From NCBI GenBank assembly GCA_022750055.1, contig JAKIWL010000002.1:341042-405041 (forward strand): a DNA stretch of 64,000 nt, read 5' to 3'. Positions within the stretch are counted from its first letter, which is position 1; every line of letters begins with the position of its first letter. A model generated the notes under the pieces. It was not told where the DNA came from. It saw only the letters and a program-made list of their open reading frames with translations, and did not search any database. Position numbers and translations under genes: made by a program. This document shows positions 1 to 10,074 of the stretch, one piece after another. The stretch comes from Thermoplasmata archaeon. Lineage in GTDB: Archaea > Thermoplasmatota > Thermoplasmata > Lutacidiplasmatales > UBA184.

Positions 1-2
1 TC

Positions 3-314
3 CCCCGGGAAGTAGTCCCAGGGACGCGCCCAAAGCGACGGGTCGGACCTCGGAAATCCGGACGAGCGCCGGCGACGGAAGAGGTGACCCCGAAGCCTCG
101 CCGACGGACCGCAGGCCGTCGCAGGGCTTCGCCCGTGACCGGAGCCTCCGCCGGGACCCCACCGCCGGATGTGCCGGCCCCCTCCCAGGCCGGTCCAGCT
201 CCTCCGCCGGAGCCGCGGACGCCAGCGCCTCCCCCCGGGACCCGCCGACACACGGCCCCCCCGTCGATTGCCGCGGCGGACCCGCCCCCGCCTGAGGCCG
301 AAGGCGAGCCGTGA
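3..314 (+). CDS. 3' end of a CDS starting before the window (Pro/Arg-rich low-complexity tail)
   Basis: Frame open from position 3; its TGA overlaps the GTG of the next gene (GTGA at 311-314), typical of translational coupling. Confidence 0.45.
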   Translation, partial: PREVVPGTRPKRRVGPRKSGRAPATEEVTPKPRRRTAGRRRASPVTGASAGTPPPDVPAPSQAGPAPPPEPRTPAPPPGTRRHTAPPSIAAADPPPPEAEGEP

Positions 315-1078
315 TCGACGTCCCCGAACGCGTCTCCACGGGGATTCCCGGTCTCGACCGGATGCTCGGGGGCGGCCTGTGGCCGGGACGCCCCTATCTC
401 CTGACCGGAGGCACGGGGAGCGGCAAGACCCTCTTCGGGATGCGGTTCCTCCTGGAGGGGCTCGCCCACGGCGAGTCGGTCCTACTCGTCGCCGTCGACG
501 AACCGCCGAACGAGATCCTCGAGAATGTTCGCTCCTTTGGCTGGGACCTGTCGTCGGTCCGGACCCTGGACGCGAACCCCGGAACCCGCGCGATCCGTCG
601 GATGGCGGACGTGCAGGAGATCCGGGCGATGGGGGATGTCAAGCAGATGCGGGACATCTCCGCCGAGAGCCGCAAGTCCCAGGGCGACGACGACATCTCG
701 ATCCAGACGATCCACCTGAAGCTGCGCCATCAAATGGGTCAGACGAACTTCACGCGGGTCCTCGTCGATTCGATCACCTCCATCCGTCGCTTCGCGATGA
801 AATCGAGCCACGACCCGCAGGCCGATCGGACGGAGGTCCAATCGCTGCTACGATTCTTGAGCGAGCGCGGCGCGACGACGATGATCACAGCGACCCCCGG
901 TAACCCTCTGGTCCTCTCCGCGGAGGAGATCCTCGCCCGCGGCGAGATCCTCCTGACGCGCAAGTGGATCGGGGACCGCTCGGTCCGACAGGTCAAGATC
1001 GTCCGGATGCGAGGCTCCGCCCACGACCCCGAACGACGGCCCTTCGCGATCACCCGTCAGGGAATCGTCGTCGGATGA
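311..1078 (+). CDS. KaiC/RAD55-like single-domain RecA-superfamily ATPase
   Basis: RVSTGIPGLDRMLGGG, Walker A GGTGSGKT, Walker B VLVDS, C-terminal KIVRMRGSAHD..RPFAIT..GI. Confidence 0.92.
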   Translation: MIDVPERVSTGIPGLDRMLGGGLWPGRPYLLTGGTGSGKTLFGMRFLLEGLAHGESVLLVAVDEPPNEILENVRSFGWDLSSVRTLDANPGTRAIRRMADVQEIRAMGDVKQMRDISAESRKSQGDDDISIQTIHLKLRHQMGQTNFTRVLVDSITSIRRFAMKSSHDPQADRTEVQSLLRFLSERGATTMITATPGNPLVLSAEEILARGEILLTRKWIGDRSVRQVKIVRMRGSAHDPERRPFAITRQGIVVG

Positions 1079-1578
1079 CGGACCCCATCCGCCGGCCGGC
1101 CCGGCCGACGACGGCGCCGCGTCGTTGGCTTGTGAAAGAGGAGCCGTCGCACTTCTCCTTCGCCGACCTGGAGCGTGCGGTTCGGACCGAATGGGATTCG
1201 GTCCACAACCCGCTTGCGCAGCGCAACCTTCGTTCGATGCGACGAGGAGAACCCGTGCTGTACTACCATACCGGCTCGGAGAGAGCCGTCGTCGGCATCG
1301 CGGAGGTCGCGGACGCCCCTCACCCGGACCCTGGGGATCCCCGGGGTGCCTGGGCGGTGGCGATCCGAGCGCGCCGACCGCTGCGACGTTCGGTCCCGCT
1401 CGAGCGGCTGAAGCGGGAGGCGGTGTTCGAAGGTTCCTCCCTCGTTCGGATCGGCCGTCTCTCCGTCGTCGAGATCACCGGCCCGCAGTGGGAGCGCGTC
1501 CTCGCGCTCGAACTCGACGGGGCCCCGGACCGGGCACGGAATCCTCAACCCCACGCGTCCGGCCGGCGGCGCAGATAG
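1075..1578 (+). CDS. EVE domain (PUA-like) nucleic-acid-binding protein
   Basis: WLVKEEP..FSFADL, WDSVHNPLAQRNLRSM, YYHTG, GRLSVVEIT..W; ATGA overlap with the upstream ATPase. Confidence 0.9.
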   Translation: MTDPIRRPARPTTAPRRWLVKEEPSHFSFADLERAVRTEWDSVHNPLAQRNLRSMRRGEPVLYYHTGSERAVVGIAEVADAPHPDPGDPRGAWAVAIRARRPLRRSVPLERLKREAVFEGSSLVRIGRLSVVEITGPQWERVLALELDGAPDRARNPQPHASGRRRR

Positions 1579-2819
1579 CGCGAGGCTTCGGCCTCGTACC
1601 GGGGGTCGACGTACACGGCGGCCGGCCAGGGGTTCTTCGGGCGCAGCGCGATCTCCCGCCACAGGCCGGCCGAGCGGAACGGATATGTCACCCGGCCGTC
1701 CTCGAGGATCCCGACGGACGCCCAATCGGATCGTTCCGGACCCCCGTCCGACAGGCCCGATAGGTCTAGGAGTACCGACCCGGGCCTCGCTCCAATCGCC
1801 TGCGCGACCGCATCCTCGCGGGACCGCCGAGCCGCCGGAGCGCGGTCGAGGGAACGAAGCGTCGCCCGCGATTCGCTAGACAAGTGGCGCCAGCCGTGCA
1901 CGCGTTTGTACAAGCGGCGCTCCCGGAGCGCACGGACGATCCTTGCCGAGTGGCCCCCTGCCGACTCGAGCGCGACGAGGAGGTCGGCGTCGGTCTGCGA
2001 AAGCAACGGGCGCGCCGCGCTCGGATAGCCCGAGAGCCGTTCCACGGCGGCCTGGGCCATGACCTCGGCGCTGCGCACCGTCTTGTGATAGTAGACGGCC
2101 GAATACATCAGGGACCGGCCCACCACGAACCCCTCGACGGCGGTGCGCCCCTTCTCGGCGAACACCAAACGACCGGCCCGGACCTGGATCGTATCGAGGA
2201 GGCGGGAAGCGTCGATCGCACCGTGGGCCACGCCCGTGTAGTGGGCATCGCGCTGTAGGTAGTCGATGCGGTCGGCGTCGATCGGGCCGTGGAGCAGGGC
2301 CCGCAGGGTGCGGTTCGGCTCCCGCCGGGAGGGCGGGTCGATCAGGTCGGCGATCGCTCGCGGCTCAAGCCCGTGCCTCTCGAGGATCTCCGGGATTCGC
2401 GACGGAGTCGCCCGCGCGTCCCCCTCGCCCCGGTCCGTTCCGAGCACGATGTCCCGCGACCGACCTTCGTGGCTCCGACCGAGGCACTCGAGCATCGGTG
2501 AATCTAGCGTGTGCGACAGTGGAGGGTGGCCGAGGTCGTGCAAGAGGCCCCCGATCCCGACGAGCTCGGCGTCCTCGACACCCAGGTCGAGCGCCGTTGC
2601 CATCTGGCGTGCGACCCAGTACACCCCCAGGGAGTGCTCGAGGCGGGTGTGATTCGCCCCGGGAAAGACGAGGTGGGCGAGGCCGGTCTGCCGGATCCCC
2701 CAGAGCCGTTGGAAGGCGGGATCTCCGATGAGCTCGAGGGGAGCGACCGAGAGGGTGAGGGAGCCGTGGATCGGGTCGAAGATCGACTTCTGTCCGCGTG
2801 CTCGCCGCCGCCCCGTCAC
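1545..2819 (-). CDS. HD-domain phosphohydrolase (SAMHD1/dNTP triphosphohydrolase-like)
   Basis: IFDPIHG, FQRLWGIRQTG, HTRLEHSLGV, LLHDLGHPPLSH, DADRIDYLQRD, VYYHKT. Confidence 0.93.
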   Translation of the reverse strand: MTGRRRARGQKSIFDPIHGSLTLSVAPLELIGDPAFQRLWGIRQTGLAHLVFPGANHTRLEHSLGVYWVARQMATALDLGVEDAELVGIGGLLHDLGHPPLSHTLDSPMLECLGRSHEGRSRDIVLGTDRGEGDARATPSRIPEILERHGLEPRAIADLIDPPSRREPNRTLRALLHGPIDADRIDYLQRDAHYTGVAHGAIDASRLLDTIQVRAGRLVFAEKGRTAVEGFVVGRSLMYSAVYYHKTVRSAEVMAQAAVERLSGYPSAARPLLSQTDADLLVALESAGGHSARIVRALRERRLYKRVHGWRHLSSESRATLRSLDRAPAARRSREDAVAQAIGARPGSVLLDLSGLSDGGPERSDWASVGILEDGRVTYPFRSAGLWREIALRPKNPWPAAVYVDPRYEAEASRYLRRRPDAWG

Positions 2820-3029
2820 GCAGCCCCCACTCTTCGAAGGAGATTACGGGTTTGCTCGGTTCGGCCACGGGGAAACCGAGCCCCCAACGCGCCGGTCGCG
2901 GAGGGGTAGGGAGGGCGTCGAGCGCGATCCGTCGGTCCGGAGAGCCCCGACCGGAGCACGCCGCGTCCGTTGCCGGTCAAGAGGGCCCCGATCGCGTCAC
3001 GACCCACCGGTCGGGTGCATCCGCTCGCG

Positions 3030-3041
3030 AAGATATTTATC
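3030..3041 (+). promoter_or_regulatory. Putative TATA box of the TPR gene
   Basis: AT-rich GATATTTAT in a GC-rich background, ~25 bp upstream of ATG 3066. Confidence 0.55.
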
Positions 3042-3065
3042 GGCGCGCCGGGGTCCCTACCTCGA

Positions 3066-6000
3066 ATGGCTAGTTCTCCCGCAGCCACGAACGAGCGGGG
3101 CCCCTCCGAGGTTCCGATCGATGGCGCCCGCCGATTGTTCCGAGCCTCCGAGGAGGCGGAGGCGGCCCAGCAACGGGACCGCTACCTCGAGCAGCTGAAG
3201 GCCTACCTCGCGTTTGTGGAGGAGCGCAAGTCCGACCTCGGCCCGAACGGTGCCGAGATCGCCCACCAGCTCGACGGCACCGCGATGGCGTTCTACCGCC
3301 TCGGCCAGAACGAGCTCGCCAGTCGGTCCATCGACGTCGGCCTGACCTTCGTCGCCTCTCAGGCCTCGCTGCTGCATCACAAGGCCCTGATCCTGCTCGC
3401 GGCGAATCGCGAGGTGACGCAGGTCCTTCCGTTGCTAGAGGAGGCCGTTCGGGTCGACCCGAACGACAAGGCGATCTGGGGAACCCTCGGGGACGCGCTC
3501 AAGCTTCTGGGTCGCCCGGCCGACGCGACCGAGGCCTACCTGAAGGCCCAGGAGCTGGATGCCACCTCGACCCAGTTCGTCGAGAGGGCCTTGCGGCTGA
3601 GCCCCGGTCACCCCGGTGCGCAGCGACTTTGCCTCCAACTCGCCAAGGCCCACGGCGGGACCGAACAGGCGCTTCGTGCGTGCGAGGCCCTGCTCACCAC
3701 CTCGCCGAACGATCCGGAGCTCCTCTTCGCGCGCGTCGACCTCCTCGCCCAACTCGGTCAGATCGGCCCGGCGCTCGACGCCGTGGCGCCGGCCCGCACG
3801 GCCCGTCCCGGGGACCCCCGCCTCGCGGTGATCGCCGGTCGCCTTCACTTGGCGAGCGGGCACACCAAGGACGCCCTCGAGGAGTTTCGACTCGCCGCCG
3901 AGTCCTCGGGCCGGCTCGAGCCGGCCGAACTGGCCGAGCTCGCTGACCGCATCGACGCCACGGGGGAGCCCACCGAACTGGCGGTCAGCGTCCGGCAGAC
4001 GCTGCTCGAGCGGGAACCTCGCAACCTCGCCAACCTGCAGGCGCTCCGACTGCTGGCCCAGCGGACGCGTCGATTCGACCTCGGGATCACGGCCTGCCAG
4101 AAGATCCTCGAGATCTCCCCGGGCAACCTCGAGGCGACCCGGGCTCTGGCCGAGTTCGAACTGACGTCGGGTCGGACCGACGAGGGGTTCGGAACCTACC
4201 GGACCCTGGTGCGGTCGAACCCGCACGAAGCGGGGGAGATCCGCAAGGCGGCGGACGCGGCCCGGACCGCCGGTCGCGACGAGATCTTCCGAGAGTTCGC
4301 CCAGGCGGCCCTCGATGCCGACCCAGGCGACCTCGCCACGCGCGAACAGCTCGCGAAATCGTTCGCCTCGGCCGGCGAGCGAGACCGCGCGCTCCTCCTC
4401 TTCGAGGGCCTGATCGAGGCCAACCCGAAGGAGACCCGCTACCTGTGGGAAACGAAGAAGCTACTGTCCGAGGTCGGCCGGACCGCCGACCTCCCCAAGA
4501 TCTTGGACCACCTGTATGAGGCGGATCCGACGAACACCCGGCTCGCCTACGAGCGCGGCGCAGTCTACCTGGGACTGGCCCGGTCCTGCGCGGCAGGTTC
4601 GCCGGAGCGACAGGCCGCGGCCCGGACGTCCGTCGCCTCCTACGAGCGGGCGTCGGCCGACGCCAAGCTCGCGGAGGAGAGCCTCGTCGGCCTCGCCATG
4701 GCGGCCCGGCTCGGAGGCGACCACGCGCGAGCGACCCAGGCCTACGAGGAGTTCCTCGCCAAGCCCGGCCACGCCGGTAACGCGACGGTACTGAAGGAAC
4801 TCGGCCAGGCCCGCTTCGACGCCGGGCGCTACGTCGAGGCCGACCACGCCTTCCAGCAGGCCCTCGGCCTCGGATTGGAAGACCCGGACCTTCTCTGGGG
4901 AGCGGCGGAGACCCTCTCGGCGCTCGGTCTGGACGGACGCGCGCTCCAGCTCGTGGAGATCCTCGCCCGTCGGGATCCGGAGAACGTGCTCTACCAGCGT
5001 CGCCGAGGTCAACTGCTCTTGCGGACCGCGCGGCTCTCCGAGGGCGTGACGATCCTGCGGGCCGCAGCGGAGAAGGCACCGGGTGATCCCCTGGTGCAGT
5101 TCGACGTGGCCGACGCCCTACGGGCGGCAGGGGCCTACGCGGACGCGGTCGAGTTCTATCGGCTGGGCCTCGAAGCGGACCCGGCGAGCCGCCCGGCCCG
5201 GTTGGCCCTCGCCGAGACGTTCAACCTCGCCGGCCGGTACAACGAGGCGGTCCCCGTCGTCGACGCGCTCCTGAACCAGGACCCCAACGACCTGTCGGCC
5301 TGGCGGATCCGAGCCGATGCGTGCCGATCCCTCGGGCGGACCTCGGACCTCGAGTACTCTCTCAAGGCGACCCTCCTTTTGGACCCCACCGATTCCTCGG
5401 CCCTCGTGGAGAAGTACCGCCTCCATCTCTCCCAGGGGGCGAAGGCCGAGGCGTTCGAGTGCCTGTCCGATTTCCTCGAAGCCGGCAACCCCGACGCGGG
5501 CGATCCGGCCCTCCTCCTCGAGGCGGGCGACCTCGCGGCCGAGCTCGGCAAGACGGAGGACGCGAACCGATTCTACGAACGGGCCCAGGAGATCGATCCG
5601 GCCCAGGCGCTGCCCATCGGGATCCGGCGTTCGCGACTGCGCCTGTCCGCCGGGCGACCCGACCTCGCCCTCGAGGTCCTCGAGGCCTCCACCAGGCTCG
5701 CTCCGAGCCCACCCCTCCGGGCCAAGGAGGTCGCGTTGCTGAGGGCGGAGATCCTGATGGCCCTGGAGCGACCCGCGGAGGCGGAGGCGGTCTACCGCAC
5801 CGCGCTCGCCGAGGACCCCCGGGCGATCCCGGTCCTCCTCGGACTCGGGCGCGCGCTCCTTGACCAGGGCAAGCACGCCGACGCGAAGGCGCTCCTCTCC
5901 GATGCGATCCCGCTCGGCCCCCCCGTCTCCGGACTTTACCAGCTCCTCGCGGAGGCCGAGACGGGACTCGGCTCCCTCCCGAGCGCGATGGAAGTGATCC

Positions 6001-7553
6001 ACCAGGGGGTCACGGCGCTTCCGGAGGCCACGGAGCTGTGGACTCGGCTCGGAGAGATCGCGATCGCGCGCGAGGATTGGAACGAAGCGGCCCGGGCCTT
6101 CCGGGAAGCGATCCAGCGGGACGCGGCTAACCCCGACCTCCTGATGCGGGCCGGCTTCGTCGCCGAGCGACGCGCCCAGGGAACGGAGGCCCTCGCCCTC
6201 TACGAGCGAGCGACCCAGGTGGCCCCGACGAACAAGTTCGCCTGGTCGAACCGGGGCCTCGCGCTCCTCGCCGGGGGCCGCCCGGATGAGGCGACCGCGA
6301 GCTTCGATCGGGCGCTCGCCCTCGATTCGGACTTCGACGCGGCCCGACAGGGCAAGAAGGCCGCGATGGAACGGACCCGGGAGGCCCAGGTCGCCCGGTT
6401 CGGTCGGGAAGCCCTACTCCTCGAGGCGCGCCTGCACCGATCGGTGACCCGCAACGACCTGTTCGTGACGCTCCATGTACCGTTCGATTTCCTCGAACCG
6501 GTCCTGGCAACGCTCTCGAAGGACCCGAAGGTCGACCTAGCGAGCCTCTCCGAGGAGGAGCTGCACGCCTTGGAGACGGCCTCCTGTCAGGTCATCACGG
6601 CCGCGCTCGAGCGGCGAACCGATGGGCTGGAGCGGCGGGGTTTCTCTCTCGCCGACGTCGCCGCCCTGAGCCCGACGAATCGCTCGCTCCCCGAGATCCA
6701 ACGGCTGTTCGGGTACCTACGGGCCGTTCTGGAGGTCGAGCTTAGGCCGGAGAACCTCCAGCTCGCCCCGGACGTGGAGGAGCTAGCCCGGCGCGCGCTC
6801 TTGATGCCGCCCGACCAACGAACGCTGTTCCAACTGGTCCGCAACCTGCACGTTGGCTTGTTCAAAGCGCGCCTGATCAAGGTCGTGGAATCCTCCGGTT
6901 CGGCCGCGCACGCCCCGATCGCTTCCCTCGACTTCGGCGCATTCGCTCCCGACGCGGGTCCGGCCGCTCCGGCCCTCCTGCCCCCCTCGGAGGACCCGGA
7001 CCTCTTTCCCCCGTCGACTTCGCCCCATTCGCCTCACGCAGGGACTCGGGAAGCCCCCCGACACGCCCCGGCCCCCCCGTCGGCCCCTGAGGCCGGCCCC
7101 GCTCGACCCATGGCGGGGCACGCTCGATGCGTCGGCTGCGGAGGACTCGCGTCGATCGTCCACACTTGTGGCGCTCCGGTGTGCGCGCACTGCATCGTCG
7201 AATTCGGTACCTGTCCAAAGTGCCGGCAGCCGGCGACGCTGCCCGGTCCGGCCTCCGAGGCGGGCCCCCCAGCCGAACCGTTGGAATCGTCGCCCCCCGC
7301 GCACATCGTTGTCACCCACACCCCGAGCGGGACCCTCCATGCGCTGCGCCAGGCGGTATCTCGCACGAGGTCGCCCCCGGCTCGAGCCCCTCCACCCCCG
7401 AAGCCGCCGAGTGAGCCGGAATCCAAGGGCCGGTCGCCTGCCGCCCATGAGCCGGCGGCCCGACCCCACGCCCCGCCCTCCAAGGAAGAAAGCGCCCCCC
7501 CGCCCCACCCGACCCGGCCCAAACCGGCGGCGGACGACGAGCCTCGTCTGTAG
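3066..7553 (+). CDS. Very large tetratricopeptide-repeat protein with a C-terminal helical domain, Cys-rich Zn finger and Pro-rich tail
   Basis: Many TPR-like units (e.g. AWSNRGLALLAGGRPDEATASFDRALALD); CVGC..HTC..CAHC..CPKC near the C-terminus; start placed at the ATG after the TATA box. Confidence 0.88.
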   Translation: MASSPAATNERGPSEVPIDGARRLFRASEEAEAAQQRDRYLEQLKAYLAFVEERKSDLGPNGAEIAHQLDGTAMAFYRLGQNELASRSIDVGLTFVASQASLLHHKALILLAANREVTQVLPLLEEAVRVDPNDKAIWGTLGDALKLLGRPADATEAYLKAQELDATSTQFVERALRLSPGHPGAQRLCLQLAKAHGGTEQALRACEALLTTSPNDPELLFARVDLLAQLGQIGPALDAVAPARTARPGDPRLAVIAGRLHLASGHTKDALEEFRLAAESSGRLEPAELAELADRIDATGEPTELAVSVRQTLLEREPRNLANLQALRLLAQRTRRFDLGITACQKILEISPGNLEATRALAEFELTSGRTDEGFGTYRTLVRSNPHEAGEIRKAADAARTAGRDEIFREFAQAALDADPGDLATREQLAKSFASAGERDRALLLFEGLIEANPKETRYLWETKKLLSEVGRTADLPKILDHLYEADPTNTRLAYERGAVYLGLARSCAAGSPERQAAARTSVASYERASADAKLAEESLVGLAMAARLGGDHARATQAYEEFLAKPGHAGNATVLKELGQARFDAGRYVEADHAFQQALGLGLEDPDLLWGAAETLSALGLDGRALQLVEILARRDPENVLYQRRRGQLLLRTARLSEGVTILRAAAEKAPGDPLVQFDVADALRAAGAYADAVEFYRLGLEADPASRPARLALAETFNLAGRYNEAVPVVDALLNQDPNDLSAWRIRADACRSLGRTSDLEYSLKATLLLDPTDSSALVEKYRLHLSQGAKAEAFECLSDFLEAGNPDAGDPALLLEAGDLAAELGKTEDANRFYERAQEIDPAQALPIGIRRSRLRLSAGRPDLALEVLEASTRLAPSPPLRAKEVALLRAEILMALERPAEAEAVYRTALAEDPRAIPVLLGLGRALLDQGKHADAKALLSDAIPLGPPVSGLYQLLAEAETGLGSLPSAMEVIHQGVTALPEATELWTRLGEIAIAREDWNEAARAFREAIQRDAANPDLLMRAGFVAERRAQGTEALALYERATQVAPTNKFAWSNRGLALLAGGRPDEATASFDRALALDSDFDAARQGKKAAMERTREAQVARFGREALLLEARLHRSVTRNDLFVTLHVPFDFLEPVLATLSKDPKVDLASLSEEELHALETASCQVITAALERRTDGLERRGFSLADVAALSPTNRSLPEIQRLFGYLRAVLEVELRPENLQLAPDVEELARRALLMPPDQRTLFQLVRNLHVGLFKARLIKVVESSGSAAHAPIASLDFGAFAPDAGPAAPALLPPSEDPDLFPPSTSPHSPHAGTREAPRHAPAPPSAPEAGPARPMAGHARCVGCGGLASIVHTCGAPVCAHCIVEFGTCPKCRQPATLPGPASEAGPPAEPLESSPPAHIVVTHTPSGTLHALRQAVSRTRSPPARAPPPPKPPSEPESKGRSPAAHEPAARPHAPPSKEESAPPPHPTRPKPAADDEPRL

Positions 7554-7645
7554 GAATCCGGCGCGGACCGCAGGACCGGGCGCCGCCGTGAGTCGGCGGC
7601 GCACGAAGTATAATCCGATATATGGGATGGCCCTTATCGAGTCGT

Positions 7646-8164
7646 ATGGCCCAAGCGACGCCGGCCGCCCCGAGCCTTCTCCGAGGGGCGCTGGCCATCG
7701 TCCTGGCGGCGATCGCAGCGATCGTCTTCCTACTGGTCTACCTCGGCCTACCGGGGAACGACCACGTCGGGGCGTTGTTGTCGATCGGGGTCCTTTCCCT
7801 CGTCTTCGCGCTGGTGACCTACTTCGGCCAATCCCTGAGCAGCAGCGCCGGTCCGATCGAGGCGGTGTCCTGGGGCTTTACCGGTCTCGGCTTCGGTCTC
7901 CTGCTCTTGACGCTCGGCTTCGCCCCCGCGTCAACGATGTCCTTCACCGGCCGTCTGCTGGACTTCCTGGTCGTCCTCATCGGACTTGCCCTTGTCATCG
8001 TGATCGCCGGTTGGCGGTGGCGGGGTCGGGCGTTGGACACGGCTCGCGCGGCAGAGCACACGGCCTGGACCCGTCGCCCACCCACGAACGCACTCGATTA
8101 CCCGGCCGCGGGCCCATCGACCTCCGGATCGACGGTCCCTCCGAAGGAGGGCGCGCCGCGATGA
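7646..8164 (+). CDS. Four-TM membrane protein of unknown function
   Basis: Four hydrophobic segments; TATA-like TATAAT/GATATAT at ~7609-7623; stop overlaps the next ATG. Confidence 0.8.
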   Translation: MAQATPAAPSLLRGALAIVLAAIAAIVFLLVYLGLPGNDHVGALLSIGVLSLVFALVTYFGQSLSSSAGPIEAVSWGFTGLGFGLLLLTLGFAPASTMSFTGRLLDFLVVLIGLALVIVIAGWRWRGRALDTARAAEHTAWTRRPPTNALDYPAAGPSTSGSTVPPKEGAPR

Positions 8165-8859
8165 TGACCCCACCCCCTCCTCCGGCCGGTCCCTCCCCCC
8201 CCGGGAGCGGACCTCCGCCACCGCCGCCAATGACTTGCGCGAAGTGCGGCGCGACCGTGAGCCCGTCGGCCCAATTCTGCCCCACTTGCGGAGCCCCGAT
8301 CTCCGCGACTCAGGCAGCGGCCCCCGGGGCACCCGTTGACATCCGCACTCGCGTCGACCAGGATCGGGGGATCCTCAAGCGGCTTCAACTGTTGATCCCG
8401 GGATACCGCGGGTATCGGCAGGGGGAGGACCTCCGCGAGGCGGACAGCGTGCTCCGTCTCCAGGTCGCCGACAGGGTCCACTCTGCGACCGCCCTGCTTA
8501 CCCAGCGCCGCCAGGCCCTGGCGACCGCAGGCCGCTACGACACCCTGAACGACCTCGCGCTCGCGATCGCGGACCTGACCCGTCTCGAGGGCGAGATCCG
8601 GCACGCCGAGCAGGGTTACACTGGGATCTCCCCGGCGCTGCGGGTCTCGGTGACCGGCCAGGACCAGCTCTACGAATACGACTATGGATTCGTGCTCGCG
8701 GCGAACGACCTTGTCACGACCCTCTCCGGCCTCCCCGACCCGAACGCGAACCCGGCGTCCGTCCAGCAAGCGACCGAGACGGTCCGCGACATGGTCGCGC
8801 GACTCGAAAAGGCGTTCCAGGCGCGCCTCACCACCATCCAGCAGGTCCAGGTCCCGTAG
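8161..8859 (+). CDS. Zinc-ribbon plus alpha-helical domain protein
   Basis: Pro-rich N-terminus, CAKC..FCPTCG ribbon, then helical region IPGYRGY..EDLREADSVLR; ATGA coupling. Confidence 0.82.
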   Translation: MMTPPPPPAGPSPPGSGPPPPPPMTCAKCGATVSPSAQFCPTCGAPISATQAAAPGAPVDIRTRVDQDRGILKRLQLLIPGYRGYRQGEDLREADSVLRLQVADRVHSATALLTQRRQALATAGRYDTLNDLALAIADLTRLEGEIRHAEQGYTGISPALRVSVTGQDQLYEYDYGFVLAANDLVTTLSGLPDPNANPASVQQATETVRDMVARLEKAFQARLTTIQQVQVP

Positions 8860-8889
8860 AGACTCCAGGGGATCCGAAGGAAACATCCA

Positions 8890-10053
8890 ATGGTTACCAA
8901 CAACCCCATTCCGGCGAAGGGCGGCAGTCTGATCGGCGCGACGACCATAAACTGGGAGGACGCCTACAAGGGTGACAACGTCATGTGGCGCGTCCCCCGG
9001 AACATCCACTGGGGAGACAACGTCGTGGTCCGGGAGGACGAGACGGCGGTCTTCTTCCGCGACGGCAAGGTCCTTGCGTATCTCGACAAACCCGATCGAT
9101 ACGCCCTCACGAGCCTGAACACCCAACTCCTCGGGGGCCTGGTCCAGGCGCTGTCCGGGGCCCGGCAGGAGGCCGAGGTCTACTATCTGCAGCGACGCAC
9201 GTTCGATGGCAAGTTCGGGAGCCAGGAGCCGTACGTGTTCCGGGATCCGGACTTCGGCCTCGTGAGCCTCCGGGTGTTCGGCGACTACCGGTGGCGGGTC
9301 GCGGGACCGGACCTGTTCATCAATCAGTTCGTCGGCACGTTCGGCGCCGCGACGACCTCCGATGTGGAGGACCGCCTGAGGGACCAGATGGTGCTACTCA
9401 CCTACACGACCCTCGGCCAGCTCAAGGACCAGGGGATGCGCGTGACGGATCTCGCCATGAAGCTGACCACGATCGAGCAGGCGGTCCTGGGCCAAGCGCC
9501 GACGCACTTCAGCCAATTCGGCCTTGAGGTTCAGCAACTGCAGGGCCTCTCCGTGAACCTCCCCGACGAGGTGCAGAAGGCCGTCAACACGCGCTCCCAG
9601 CTGGGCGTCCTCGGCGTGAACTACATGCAATACCAGGCCGGTCAGGCGATGACGACCGCGGCGGCCAACACCTCCGGCGGGGCCGGAGCGTTCGCCGGCG
9701 CTGGAGTGGGCCTGGGAGCGGGGCTCGGCGTCGGATACGGCATGAGCGGGGCGATGATGGGCGCCTACGGCGCGAACACCGGCCCGTCCTCCCCCTGCCC
9801 GAAGTGCTCGACGATGGTTCCCGCCGGGGTCCGGTTCTGCCCGTCGTGCGGCAACGCGATGGGACCCGCCGGCGCGGCGCCGTCGGGTCCGCCCTGTCCG
9901 AAGTGCGGCAGCCCCACCGCCGCCGGGGCCAAGTTCTGCCCGAACTGCGGCGAGTCTCTCGTTCCCCCGCCCGGCAAGACCTGCCCCAAGTGCAACGCGG
10001 CCGTGGCGGGAAACGCCAAGTTCTGCCCGAGCTGCGGTAGCGCGATTCCGTAG
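8890..10053 (+). CDS. SPFH (band 7) domain protein with three C-terminal zinc ribbons (YdjI-like)
   Basis: VVREDETAVFFRDGK, EVYY, KFGSQEPYVFRDPDFG, Gly-rich GAGVGLGAGLG segment, three CPxC..FCPxCG repeats. Confidence 0.9.
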   Translation: MVTNNPIPAKGGSLIGATTINWEDAYKGDNVMWRVPRNIHWGDNVVVREDETAVFFRDGKVLAYLDKPDRYALTSLNTQLLGGLVQALSGARQEAEVYYLQRRTFDGKFGSQEPYVFRDPDFGLVSLRVFGDYRWRVAGPDLFINQFVGTFGAATTSDVEDRLRDQMVLLTYTTLGQLKDQGMRVTDLAMKLTTIEQAVLGQAPTHFSQFGLEVQQLQGLSVNLPDEVQKAVNTRSQLGVLGVNYMQYQAGQAMTTAAANTSGGAGAFAGAGVGLGAGLGVGYGMSGAMMGAYGANTGPSSPCPKCSTMVPAGVRFCPSCGNAMGPAGAAPSGPPCPKCGSPTAAGAKFCPNCGESLVPPPGKTCPKCNAAVAGNAKFCPSCGSAIP

Positions 10054-10074
10054 CGCGACGGACGGTCGGACCAC

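Noticed and set aside
311-1078. Circadian clock KaiC
   Set aside because: Single domain, and no kaiA/kaiB nearby
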